Positions 1-7,838 of a DNA stretch of 58,057 nucleotides are shown here, one piece after another. Made by a program: the position numbers and the translations under genes. Below the pieces are notes generated by a model that searched no databases, was not told the DNA's origin, and saw only the letters and a program-made list of their open reading frames with translations. Every line of letters starts with the position of its first letter. The first letter of the stretch is position 1. The DNA comes from a virus. Location of the stretch: IMG/VR virus record IMGVR_UViG_3300018914_000025; one strand, written 5' to 3'.

Positions 1-127
1 AGCATTCTTCGCACAAGTATCTATGGACTTAGCCCATTCAATTTCCCTCCTAACTATTGTGTTTCGTCCACAATTCCAGCACATCCGTCACAAACATCAT
101 CCTGAGCAGCGCTATCGTCGAACTCAT
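1..127. repeat. Terminal direct repeat copy 1 (identical to 57931..58057); circular-assembly overlap
   Basis: Bases 1-127 recur base-for-base at 57931-58057 on direct reading. Confidence 0.95.
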
Positions 128-188
128 CCCCACAAGATGGGCAGATTTTTTTTCTTTCCTCATTGCCTATCCTCCCTCAATTCACCGA

Positions 189-1772
189 TTAAACCGTTAG
201 CGCCATCTGGCCGATCGGTTGCTTGTATCGTTCGAACGCCGCTGCTTTGCCGGTACCAGTGCAGTGTTCCGGCAGGTTTGCCCTGACCAGTGCCTCAGCG
301 AACGGCGGTGGCACTGAGTTTCCGCATCGTGCAACCTGCGCCGATTTCGGGTAAGATTTTCCGTCCGCATCCCGGTCGATGATGTAAGTGTCCGGGAATC
401 CCTGGGCGGCGAACAGCTCGTGTGGTTCCAGCATCCGCATGCCGATGTCGACAATTTGGTACTCACGGCCATGTACCGTGACCAACCCGAACCGATCTTT
501 GGTCACCACAGTATGTAACGGCTCGTCCAGTGTCTGACCGACTCCGGTCCCGTAGTACGCCATGAGGAACGCCCTGACTTCGCCGAAGTGATTCCCGCCG
601 GCCGTGATGGTCTGCAGTGGTTCCGCAAACGGCTGCCCAATGTTAGTCCCGCGCATCTTCACCAGATGGCTTGTCACGAGGGCGAACCGATTTCCGCCGG
701 CGGTTACGGTGTGCGCCGGTTCATCCAGTCGGGATCCCCGGGCCTCCCCCGGTGATGTCTCTCCGTAGTAACTGGAAAGGAACGCTGCGACCAGCTGACT
801 TTTCCCCATACCCCCAGCCGTAATGGTGCCGAGAGGCTCCTCCGCTTCCGGCGCGATAAATGGTTTTGGATTCTCGATCACAAACTTCTGAAGCCCCCGG
901 GCGATCCTACGCAGCGTGTTCTTCGCCAACGGTTTCTTCCGCTCGAAGATCGACGGGCACGGCAGCGACCAGTCGATGATCTCCGCAGCCGTTCGCCAAG
1001 GTTTCAGTTTCCCACTCTTCACCGCGGCGCTCTTCGGGTCTCCGTGCGTCGGCTCCGGCCAGACGATCGGTCGGCCATCACACCGGGCAACCAGGAAGAA
1101 CCGTTTGCGAATCGTCGGCGCGCCGTAGTCGCACGCCCGCAGCTCACGCCAATCAACCTGGTACCCTTGCCGACGGAGTGCGTTTACGAAGGTTCGGAAC
1201 GTTCTGCCCTTTTGATTCGGGTCCGGAATCATGAATCTTTGCTCCGTCGGTACATACTCGCCTGGCTCCGAAACAACTACGAGATCCTCTTCATCCTCGT
1301 CTCCAGGGATGATTTTCAACATCCGCCCGGTTTCTGGATCACACTTTGCGACAAGTGGCCCCCAGGTCGTGAACTCCTCGACGTTCTCCAGCATGATCAC
1401 CCGCGGCCGGACCGTTGCCGCCCACCGGAGTGCAACCCATGCGAGCCCGCGGATCTTCTTTTCCCGGGGCTTCCCGCCCTTTGCTTTGGAGAAGTGGGTG
1501 CAGTCCGGTGACAGCCAGCACAGCCCCACCGGGCGCCCCTGGGCTACCTCGCGAGGATCCACGTCCCACACTGATTCACAGTAGTGCTCCGTTTCTGGAT
1601 GGTTCGCGCGGTGCATTGCGATCGCTGCAGGGTCGTGGTTGATCGCGATATCAACCGATCTCCCTATGGCCATTTCAATTCCCGTCGATGCCCCGCCTCC
1701 GCCGGCAAAGTTGTCGACGATGATTTCTCTTGTAAAGTGCTTCTCCCGTGGATACCGCTGCCGCATACTCAT
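189..1772 (-). CDS. DNA (cytosine-5)-methyltransferase
   Basis: C5-MTase motifs in order: FAGGGGAS (I), SPDCTHFS (PC motif), MLENVEEF (ENV), RKRFFLVA, QGFP, GNSVPPPF. Start set at the ATG forming an ATGA overlap with the upstream ORF stop (ORF track extends to 1784). Confidence 0.9.
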   Translation of the reverse strand: MSMRQRYPREKHFTREIIVDNFAGGGGASTGIEMAIGRSVDIAINHDPAAIAMHRANHPETEHYCESVWDVDPREVAQGRPVGLCWLSPDCTHFSKAKGGKPREKKIRGLAWVALRWAATVRPRVIMLENVEEFTTWGPLVAKCDPETGRMLKIIPGDEDEEDLVVVSEPGEYVPTEQRFMIPDPNQKGRTFRTFVNALRRQGYQVDWRELRACDYGAPTIRKRFFLVARCDGRPIVWPEPTHGDPKSAAVKSGKLKPWRTAAEIIDWSLPCPSIFERKKPLAKNTLRRIARGLQKFVIENPKPFIAPEAEEPLGTITAGGMGKSQLVAAFLSSYYGETSPGEARGSRLDEPAHTVTAGGNRFALVTSHLVKMRGTNIGQPFAEPLQTITAGGNHFGEVRAFLMAYYGTGVGQTLDEPLHTVVTKDRFGLVTVHGREYQIVDIGMRMLEPHELFAAQGFPDTYIIDRDADGKSYPKSAQVARCGNSVPPPFAEALVRANLPEHCTGTGKAAAFERYKQPIGQMALTV

Positions 1773-2002
1773 CGACCCTCCCACTTCCTCTCTTCAGATC
1801 TCTGCTTCCGATACTCTTTTTGCAGCCCTGTGATCACCTGCAGCTGCTCGTTCATCCGCGCTGGATGATCGCAGTTCTCCTGGCACCACCGGACCTGCGA
1901 CACCCCGTTCTGCGGCGGGCAGAGCGTGCATTCGCGGCACTTATCGAGCATTTCCCCGAGCCTCAACCGGGCCGCCAGGAGGCGCTCCGCGACGTCCGTC
2001 AT
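1769..2002 (-). CDS. hypothetical small Cys-containing protein
   Basis: 77-aa ORF; 4-nt ATGA-type overlaps with both neighbouring genes suggest translational coupling. Confidence 0.55.
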   Translation of the reverse strand: MTDVAERLLAARLRLGEMLDKCRECTLCPPQNGVSQVRWCQENCDHPARMNEQLQVITGLQKEYRKQRSEERKWEGR

Positions 2003-2205
2003 CGAAACGCACCCCCTAGCTGCGCTCTCAACCGCTCCCGGATCTCCTCCGGCGACTCTTCCGATCGGAGCTCGATTTCCGGGATGGCCTCCAGATGCTC
2101 CACGTACATCCGAATCACGGCGGCCGCGCTCTGGTCCCTGACATCCTGGCTTGCTTCCAACCGCTGCAGGTGCTCGAAAACCTTGGCGCGAAGATCGATC
2201 TTCAT
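1999..2205 (-). CDS. hypothetical protein
   Basis: 68-aa ORF with 4-nt overlaps to both neighbours in a co-directional string. Confidence 0.55.
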   Translation of the reverse strand: MKIDLRAKVFEHLQRLEASQDVRDQSAAAVIRMYVEHLEAIPEIELRSEESPEEIRERLRAQLGGAFR

Positions 2206-2432
2206 TGCACGATCACCTCGTATTCCAGAATCACCGGGCAGTTCATAACCTCAGCGAGAGTGTTCCCCTCGGCATCTTTGATCGCATAATGCGTAAACAC
2301 ATGATCGTCATACTCCGTGCAATTATCCTGGATCTCCGCCACCGCCCGGCCGTTCATCGTGTCGCCTACCTGATAAACCAGCCATTTCGTTGAAAAGTGC
2401 GGTATTGCGAGGGCTCTGATTTTCCGTTTCAT
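2202..2432 (-). CDS. hypothetical protein
   Basis: 76-aa ORF, first gene after the intergenic region that holds palindrome site 1. Confidence 0.55.
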   Translation of the reverse strand: MKRKIRALAIPHFSTKWLVYQVGDTMNGRAVAEIQDNCTEYDDHVFTHYAIKDAEGNTLAEVMNCPVILEYEVIVQ

Positions 2433-2551
2433 AAAACCCGCCTCCTGTGCGCCTGATTTTCGCGTTTTTAACCCCTGGGGGTTAGCGCTATACCCGCCGA
2501 CCCCCGAAAATCGAAATTTGACCCGTTTCTGTCCGTCTGCGTATCATTCTC

Positions 2552-2566
2552 GATACGTTTCGTATC
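2552..2566. promoter_or_regulatory. GATAC-N5-GTATC palindrome, site 1 (GATACgtttcGTATC)
   Basis: Perfect half-sites in the intergenic region upstream of the 2432->189 gene string. Confidence 0.6.
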
Positions 2567-2593
2567 ATCGACTGCATCAAAACAGCTGCCCGG

Positions 2594-3271
2594 TTACTCC
2601 CCGGCTGTAGATCCGCTCTGAATCAAATACACGTTTCGCTGCTGCTTACCCCAACGCAGCGCTGTATCGAGATCCTCCACGTACAGGTCGATCTTCCGCC
2701 CTCGGACCGCGCCGCCCTTATCCTCGACAACGCGGAGCCCGATGCCCTCGATATACACCACGCTGCCCGGCGGCAGGATGCTGAGATCCGCTGCGATCGT
2801 CACGCCCTCCGCCGCAGGCCTACCGCTGTACGTGATCCCATATCCGGGGTCCCCCGGTCGCTTGCCGGTTGACTCGTAGCCTGCGGTGTACGCTGTTACT
2901 GTGAAAAGACCCAGATGAGTTCGATTACGGTGACCCCTGTCAGGAATCCGATGAGAAAACCCTTTAGCCGTGGGTTGCTTACCTGCGTGGACAGCGCCTG
3001 ACGCGCCTTGCGTTCTTTCAACCACGCTTTTAATATCTTGTCCCGTTCGGCGCGTGCCTGCGCCAACTCCTCCGCCAGCTTTCTCCGAACCGCGTCTCCC
3101 ATGTTCGCCCTCTCCTTTTTTGATTTCCGCAGAATTTGTTTGACTCGTTCCCGGTGCCGGTCTTGCTGATGCCGTTTGTACCCTTTCCGAACCTGGTGCT
3201 TTCCCATCGTAAGACCCCCATAGTGCGAGCAGCAGGTACGCTGCCGCCAGTATGCTCGTCCTTTTTGTCAT
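2594..3271 (-). CDS. Secreted or membrane-anchored 3D-domain protein (MltA/RlpA-like cell-wall-binding fold)
   Basis: C-terminus FTVTAYTAGYESTGKRPGDPGYGITYSG...IDLYV matches the 3D-domain pattern. N-terminus MTKRTSILAAAYLLLALWG looks like a signal or anchor. Its ATG forms an ATGA overlap with the Dam gene stop. Confidence 0.7.
   Translation of the reverse strand: MTKRTSILAAAYLLLALWGSYDGKAPGSERVQTASARPAPGTSQTNSAEIKKGEGEHGRRGSEKAGGGVGAGTRRTGQDIKSVVERTQGASGAVHAGKQPTAKGFSHRIPDRGHRNRTHLGLFTVTAYTAGYESTGKRPGDPGYGITYSGRPAAEGVTIAADLSILPPGSVVYIEGIGLRVVEDKGGAVRGRKIDLYVEDLDTALRWGKQQRNVYLIQSGSTAGE
2896..3207 (-). CDS. Alternative-frame ORF nested in the 3D-domain gene (charged coiled coil plus C-terminal TM helix)
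   Basis: 103-aa same-strand ORF with a GGGGG RBS about 8 nt upstream. Its sequence (AEELAQARAERDKILKAWLKERKARQAL...GFLIGFLTGVTVIELIWVF) looks more protein-like than the linker of the annotated frame. Confidence 0.3.
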   Translation of the reverse strand: MGKHQVRKGYKRHQQDRHRERVKQILRKSKKERANMGDAVRRKLAEELAQARAERDKILKAWLKERKARQALSTQVSNPRLKGFLIGFLTGVTVIELIWVFSQ

Positions 3272-3705
3272 GAACCCTCCTGTTTCGTGCCTCTGAAAAT
3301 CACAACAGCGCTGGGGAATGGTGCGTTCCACTTACTCCCCCCGAACTTTATTCGTCCTCGGATGAATCGAATTTCGCCCTTCATACAGTAGTCGTGCCAC
3401 CACCCGGCATCAGTACGAGCAGGTAACAAGCAAACAACAGTCGCACCCGCCTGAGAGGACTCATATGCTTTTTTGACCCACTTACTGATAGCACGTCCGT
3501 AAGGAGGATTCATCCAGCACACGCCGGTCCAATCCTGTTGCAGTCCATCTTTTTCCGGGGTGAAGTATTCCGCACATTTTGCGTTTTCTGGCAACGCACA
3601 AACGTCTAGCGTGAAGTGAAACTCTTGATTAAGTCTGTCAAAAAAATCTTGTGGGGTTGCCCAAACATCTGTATTTGAAGTGAACAAGCCTTTGTTTATT
3701 GCCAC
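3268..3705 (-). CDS. DNA N6-adenine methyltransferase (phage Dam type)
   Basis: WMNPPYGR catalytic motif in a small phage Dam-like protein. Start placed at a GTG 5 nt after AGGAGGGG, just past the upstream stop (ORF track ATG at 3747 is the alternative). Confidence 0.85.
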   Translation of the reverse strand: MAINKGLFTSNTDVWATPQDFFDRLNQEFHFTLDVCALPENAKCAEYFTPEKDGLQQDWTGVCWMNPPYGRAISKWVKKAYESSQAGATVVCLLPARTDAGWWHDYCMKGEIRFIRGRIKFGGSKWNAPFPSAVVIFRGTKQEGS

Positions 3706-3707
3706 AT

Positions 3708-4223
3708 TTACCCCTCCTGAAGAATTGCTTTGATCGCTTCCTGCCACTTTAATTTCGTGGGGTTGTCGCCCATGTACAGCCGGATGATGTTCTGCAACGC
3801 GATTTCGTTTTTCTGGATGAGGCCGCTGTTTACAAGCAGGGCGATCCAGTTATGCGGGGCGTACCGAGTAGCGTATTGAAAGAAACTGCGTTCTGATAAC
3901 GCACTCAGAGGCTCTACGGCTTTCAAGTAGATCAAGAACTGCACGGTGTAGTTAAAAAGATCGCCCACCGCGTTGTTGAGCCCTTCGCCTTTGACCTGCA
4001 GCTCGCCACGGGTCAACCAGGTGCGGATGCGGTCCAGCTTCTTCTCGACCTCCCACTCCCAGATCGGTCGGCCGTGCTTCATGAGACCCCTCATAAATCG
4101 CGAGTCGTAATCATGGTCTTTCTGAACGTGAATCTCTGTTTGCCGCGCCAGGAATTCGTCCCAGTCACGCGGCGGCTTATCCGCGGAGTATCGTGTTTTC
4201 GCTTCGGTATCCAAACTGCACAC
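3708..4223 (-). CDS. DUF1599/MazG-like helical protein (nucleotide-modification-associated), tentative
   Basis: Pattern KDHDYDSRF...KKLDRIRTW...DLFNYTVQFLIYL resembles DUF1599-type proteins; start uncertain. Confidence 0.4.
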   Translation of the reverse strand: MCSLDTEAKTRYSADKPPRDWDEFLARQTEIHVQKDHDYDSRFMRGLMKHGRPIWEWEVEKKLDRIRTWLTRGELQVKGEGLNNAVGDLFNYTVQFLIYLKAVEPLSALSERSFFQYATRYAPHNWIALLVNSGLIQKNEIALQNIIRLYMGDNPTKLKWQEAIKAILQEG

Positions 4224-4464
4224 CCCCTGGCGTATAATCGTGAAATTCCGCTGCTTCCTCCACCTTCAACTGCTGCAGGATGCGCTCGATGCGAACGTCC
4301 CCCAGCCCGAGCGTTTTGCGCGCCGCTTTGATCGTCATTTCAACCCCCAGCTGGTACGCAGCCTCTACCGCGACGCCCCACTCCTGCGGAGTAAACGACT
4401 TGCGCTGCGCGAGTTTCTGCGCGGCTTTTTCCCGCCGCCGGCGTTCTGCTCTGTTCATGCTCAT
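4177..4464 (-). CDS. hypothetical protein
   Basis: ORF starting MSMNRAERRR, with an ATGA overlap to the upstream gene stop. Confidence 0.5.
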   Translation of the reverse strand: MSMNRAERRRREKAAQKLAQRKSFTPQEWGVAVEAAYQLGVEMTIKAARKTLGLGDVRIERILQQLKVEEAAEFHDYTPGGVQFGYRSENTILRG

Positions 4465-4712
4465 CCCCACTTTCTGAAACAGGCGTCCAGCAGGCTTTTT
4501 GCGTAGCGCCCCATCGGACGGGTCTGCTGTGGCCCGGTTCGCTTGTCCCGGCGGTGGCGGCCCACCACCCAGGCAACGCGCAGCTGATTGAACTTCCCGG
4601 GAACCTTGGGCTGTACCCCGAAGGTCCCGACCACGATGCCCGGTTCGCGCTGGTGGATCATCGTGCTGATTTTCTTTGAATGCGTCTTCTTGGGAGCTGT
4701 AGTTCGTTGCAT
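4461..4712 (-). CDS. hypothetical basic protein
   Basis: Start at MQRTTAPKK preceded by AAGGAGAG; the longer ORF-track start would cover palindrome site 2. Confidence 0.5.
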   Translation of the reverse strand: MQRTTAPKKTHSKKISTMIHQREPGIVVGTFGVQPKVPGKFNQLRVAWVVGRHRRDKRTGPQQTRPMGRYAKSLLDACFRKWG

Positions 4713-4737
4713 TACAGTATCACTCTCCTTGTTGTTT

Positions 4738-4752
4738 GATACAATTCGTATC
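4738..4752. promoter_or_regulatory. GATAC-N5-GTATC palindrome, site 2 (GATACaattcGTATC)
   Basis: Perfect half-sites between the clamp-like gene and the next gene. Confidence 0.6.
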
Positions 4753-4770
4753 GCAATGAGCATACTTCTT

Positions 4771-5406
4771 CTAGCGTTTCACTGGCAGCAATAAAGCTGT
4801 GACGCCGTTGTCTGTCTTTAAAGCAAACGGACTCAATGGATTGTTGAAAACGATCTGAACGTGGTTCGGTTTGAAATCTTTAATCAGATTCAAAGCATCG
4901 ATCATGTATGAGGCATTGTAATAAACAGGTGTGTCACCCAGCGAATCCTGATCAATAACTGCGGGTAGTTCATGCTGGTACTCACTACGATCGTTTTTAG
5001 CCCCCATCAGGAACCGATCGGATCTTATCGCCATGTATGCGATAGGACCGTGCTTATCTTTCATCAACTCGGCTACCTTGTTGGCTTGAATCCACTCCCC
5101 AATGACCTCTTTTAACATCGCGGCACTGGAACATACCGTGACTGTCGTTCTCCATTCCACCGGGATAACTCGACTCGTATCAGGGTAATTACCATGAATC
5201 GGTGCTTTTGTCTTTACATCCAACACCACAGGCTCAGGGGCGGAATGCCCTTCTTCAATCACCACCAACCGGTGAGAATCTGTAACAATCAGAGATCCGT
5301 CAGGCGAGTGGTAAGCCCCTTTCAAAATAGGCCTTGCCTCACTTTTACCTGCAAATTTCACCGCGTGTTTCATCGCAATTTCATATCGTTCCCACTTCGT
5401 CAACAT
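4771..5406 (-). CDS. Sliding-clamp (DnaN)-like protein, short form
   Basis: RPILKGAYHSPDGSLIVTDSHRLVV resembles the DnaN N-terminal motif (..TDGHRLA). Start at MLTKWERY after GGAGG. The 211 aa length is well below a ~370-aa bacterial beta clamp. Confidence 0.5.
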   Translation of the reverse strand: MLTKWERYEIAMKHAVKFAGKSEARPILKGAYHSPDGSLIVTDSHRLVVIEEGHSAPEPVVLDVKTKAPIHGNYPDTSRVIPVEWRTTVTVCSSAAMLKEVIGEWIQANKVAELMKDKHGPIAYMAIRSDRFLMGAKNDRSEYQHELPAVIDQDSLGDTPVYYNASYMIDALNLIKDFKPNHVQIVFNNPLSPFALKTDNGVTALLLPVKR

Positions 5407-5419
5407 AAACCATTCCTCC

Positions 5420-5434
5420 GATACGTTTTGTATC
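5420..5434. promoter_or_regulatory. GATAC-N5-GTATC palindrome, site 3 (GATACgttttGTATC)
   Basis: Perfect half-sites between the polymerase stop and the clamp-like gene RBS. Confidence 0.6.
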
Positions 5435-5446
5435 ACGACGGGCGCA

Positions 5447-7828
5447 CTACACCCCTCGTTTTCCTTTCAGCCATTCCTCGACGTTCATTTTCTTGCCCCA
5501 GGCGTACCCGACGGACGCCTCGGCCTCGATCGGCACCGGGAAGTCCGGCAGCGGTGGCTTTTCCATCACAGACTTGATCCACGCGCAGGCTTTTTCCACT
5601 ACGTCCGGGTCGTCGTCCATTTCGAAGATGATCTCGTCATGGATCTGCGCGATCATGTCTGTTTTCCCGTGCTGGAGAGGACCGGTGCCCCGTGCGATCT
5701 CTTCGTACACCTCGTTCTGCGACCGCTTCATGATGTCTGCAGCCGACCCCTGGATCGGCGTGTTCGCTGCCTGCCGCGCAGCACTGGATCTGTCGTACTT
5801 GTTCGTGCTGTTGATCCCCGGCAGCATCCGGATGTAACCATAGATCGTCTGCACGTATCCATCCTCGCGGGCTTGCAGCGCGATCTCCTCCTGAAAGACT
5901 GGAATCTTCGGATACGATGCCTTTACCGCATTGACGATTGCCAGGCACTCATCCAGCGTCTTTCGGATCTTGTACTCGGTTTTGAACGTCTTTTGCAGGG
6001 CGTGCTCCGTGCCGCCGTAGCTGATTCCGAAGTTTCCGGCCTTCGCGTTCGTTCGCTCGACTTTCGTGATTTCGCTTTCTGGCTTTCCGGTCAGCGTCGA
6101 CGCTGTACGCTTGTGCATGTCCCCGCCGGTGCGGAAAATATCGATCATCACTTCATCGCCTGATTTCCAGGCCATCAGTCGCAGCTCGAAACCTGAGAAG
6201 TCGATGAAAAACAAGATTTTTCCGGGGCGCGGCACGTAGAAATTCCGGATTCCGAATTTGTCTTTGTCCAGCCGCGGCACGTTTTGGCCGTTCGGGTTGA
6301 AGCTGTTGCACCGCCCCGTCTCCGTAAACGGGCTGTACCCTGCGTGTATCCGGCCAGAGACCTCATTCAGGTACTTCTCTCGGCCAACGATGTGCGATGA
6401 CAGCAGCGTGCTGTACTTTTGGATGTTCTCCAGCTGGGTGATCAGCCGCAGCCCCTGCTCTTTGTACGGGTGCGGCGCCCGCCGGCGTATGCGTATCGCT
6501 TGCCGCTCCTCTTTGCTCAGGTCAGGGTCCTCGTCCGGATCTCTCGTTTCCCAGTCTTCCGGCAACTGTACTGCGAGGTACTTCTCTTCGTCGATCGTCT
6601 CCAGGTTGTTTTCGAGCATGAAGCGCATGTCGATCAGCGCTTCCTCATCCAGGCTGGGATCTCCGGTCTTTTCGCTCCACTTTGCGGCCGGCAGCTTCAT
6701 GTAATCGAAGATCAGGCTTTTGACCTCGCCCGTCTTCCCTGACTTCCCGGGGTTCAGGTCCAGATCGAATGTTTCTTTTGCGATCCGCTTGATCTCTTCG
6801 GCCGCCTGCTCCTGCATGATCTCGGCCTCTTCGCGTTTCTGCTGCGCGAGGTTCTGATCCCAACCCATGCCCCAGTACTCCATGAGCCCGATCACGCGGC
6901 CGAACGGCATTTCGATGTTATGGAGCCACTCCCAGTACATCGGGATCTGCTTCGCGACCTCTCCCCAGTACAGGTAGTGCTGGACGGCGTAGTCCGCGTC
7001 CTCCGCGCTGTAGATCAACCCGTCGCCCTGGGAAGCATCGATCTCGTCGAAGAACTTTGCACCGTGTTTCGCCAGCAGCTGTGAAAATTCATTCATTTCG
7101 ACTCCGAAGATCCGCTTTGTGGCCGGCTTCAGACCCCATCCTTTCGTCGGCTTCTTCGGGTCTTCAATTTTGTGCGGCGCCGCCACCTGCAGGCAACGTA
7201 CCCACATCACCAGAGGATCGGCCACCGGCATCATGATGTATTTCGCGTACTTGGCCGCGAACTTCGTTTCGAAAGCCAGGTTGACCGCGATTTTCACGAT
7301 CTTGTCGTTCCGGAAGAAGAACCGGTCCATGATGTCGAGGAACAGCCTTCGGGCTTCGTCTCGTGACAGCTGCGGCTCGAACACCTTCCCTACCTTGTGA
7401 CTGATCGGGACAACCCGGGATTCGTGCGGCGCCGCAGAGATTGATGCTGTGCATATGTCGGCTTTCCAGGGATCAAGAGGTGTTTTCAGGAACTCCTCTT
7501 TTCGCAGCATTTGTTCTTCCCAATCAAGTGCGAAATATTTTTGCCGTGTCTCTTCACTCGCGGCCGTCTCCCAGTCGAAGCCGCCGAGCCCCGTCTCCTG
7601 ACAACGCTGCAGGTACTCGATCAGCTCCTCTTTGGTGGTGATGGCCTTGTAGTCTTTCACCTGCTGCTGGGGCAGGGGCGGCCATTTGATGCCGAAGTCC
7701 CCGGGCTTACGCCTTTTTACCGTCTCCTCCAGCGTTTTGACAGGGATCTCTTTTCCGTCGAGCGTAACCTTCTTCGGCACTGTGCTGGCGAGCGTCTTCG
7801 GCTTTGCGAATAGTGATCCGAGATTCAT
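5447..7828 (-). CDS. Family A DNA polymerase with 3'-5' exonuclease domain
   Basis: Motif A DFSGFELRLMA, motif B RTNAKAGNFGISYG, motif C QIHDEIIFE; exo I-like FDWETA near the N-terminus. Confidence 0.95.
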   Translation of the reverse strand: MNLGSLFAKPKTLASTVPKKVTLDGKEIPVKTLEETVKRRKPGDFGIKWPPLPQQQVKDYKAITTKEELIEYLQRCQETGLGGFDWETAASEETRQKYFALDWEEQMLRKEEFLKTPLDPWKADICTASISAAPHESRVVPISHKVGKVFEPQLSRDEARRLFLDIMDRFFFRNDKIVKIAVNLAFETKFAAKYAKYIMMPVADPLVMWVRCLQVAAPHKIEDPKKPTKGWGLKPATKRIFGVEMNEFSQLLAKHGAKFFDEIDASQGDGLIYSAEDADYAVQHYLYWGEVAKQIPMYWEWLHNIEMPFGRVIGLMEYWGMGWDQNLAQQKREEAEIMQEQAAEEIKRIAKETFDLDLNPGKSGKTGEVKSLIFDYMKLPAAKWSEKTGDPSLDEEALIDMRFMLENNLETIDEEKYLAVQLPEDWETRDPDEDPDLSKEERQAIRIRRRAPHPYKEQGLRLITQLENIQKYSTLLSSHIVGREKYLNEVSGRIHAGYSPFTETGRCNSFNPNGQNVPRLDKDKFGIRNFYVPRPGKILFFIDFSGFELRLMAWKSGDEVMIDIFRTGGDMHKRTASTLTGKPESEITKVERTNAKAGNFGISYGGTEHALQKTFKTEYKIRKTLDECLAIVNAVKASYPKIPVFQEEIALQAREDGYVQTIYGYIRMLPGINSTNKYDRSSAARQAANTPIQGSAADIMKRSQNEVYEEIARGTGPLQHGKTDMIAQIHDEIIFEMDDDPDVVEKACAWIKSVMEKPPLPDFPVPIEAEASVGYAWGKKMNVEEWLKGKRGV

Positions 7829-7838
7829 GGAGTGCCTC

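Noticed and set aside
23-286. 87-aa plus-strand ORF at the window start, and the plus-strand ORF at 57759-57962.
   Set aside because: No RBS and an implausible H/R/P-rich sequence. The region is better explained by small minus-strand Cys-rich ORFs and the 3' end of the C5-MTase gene.
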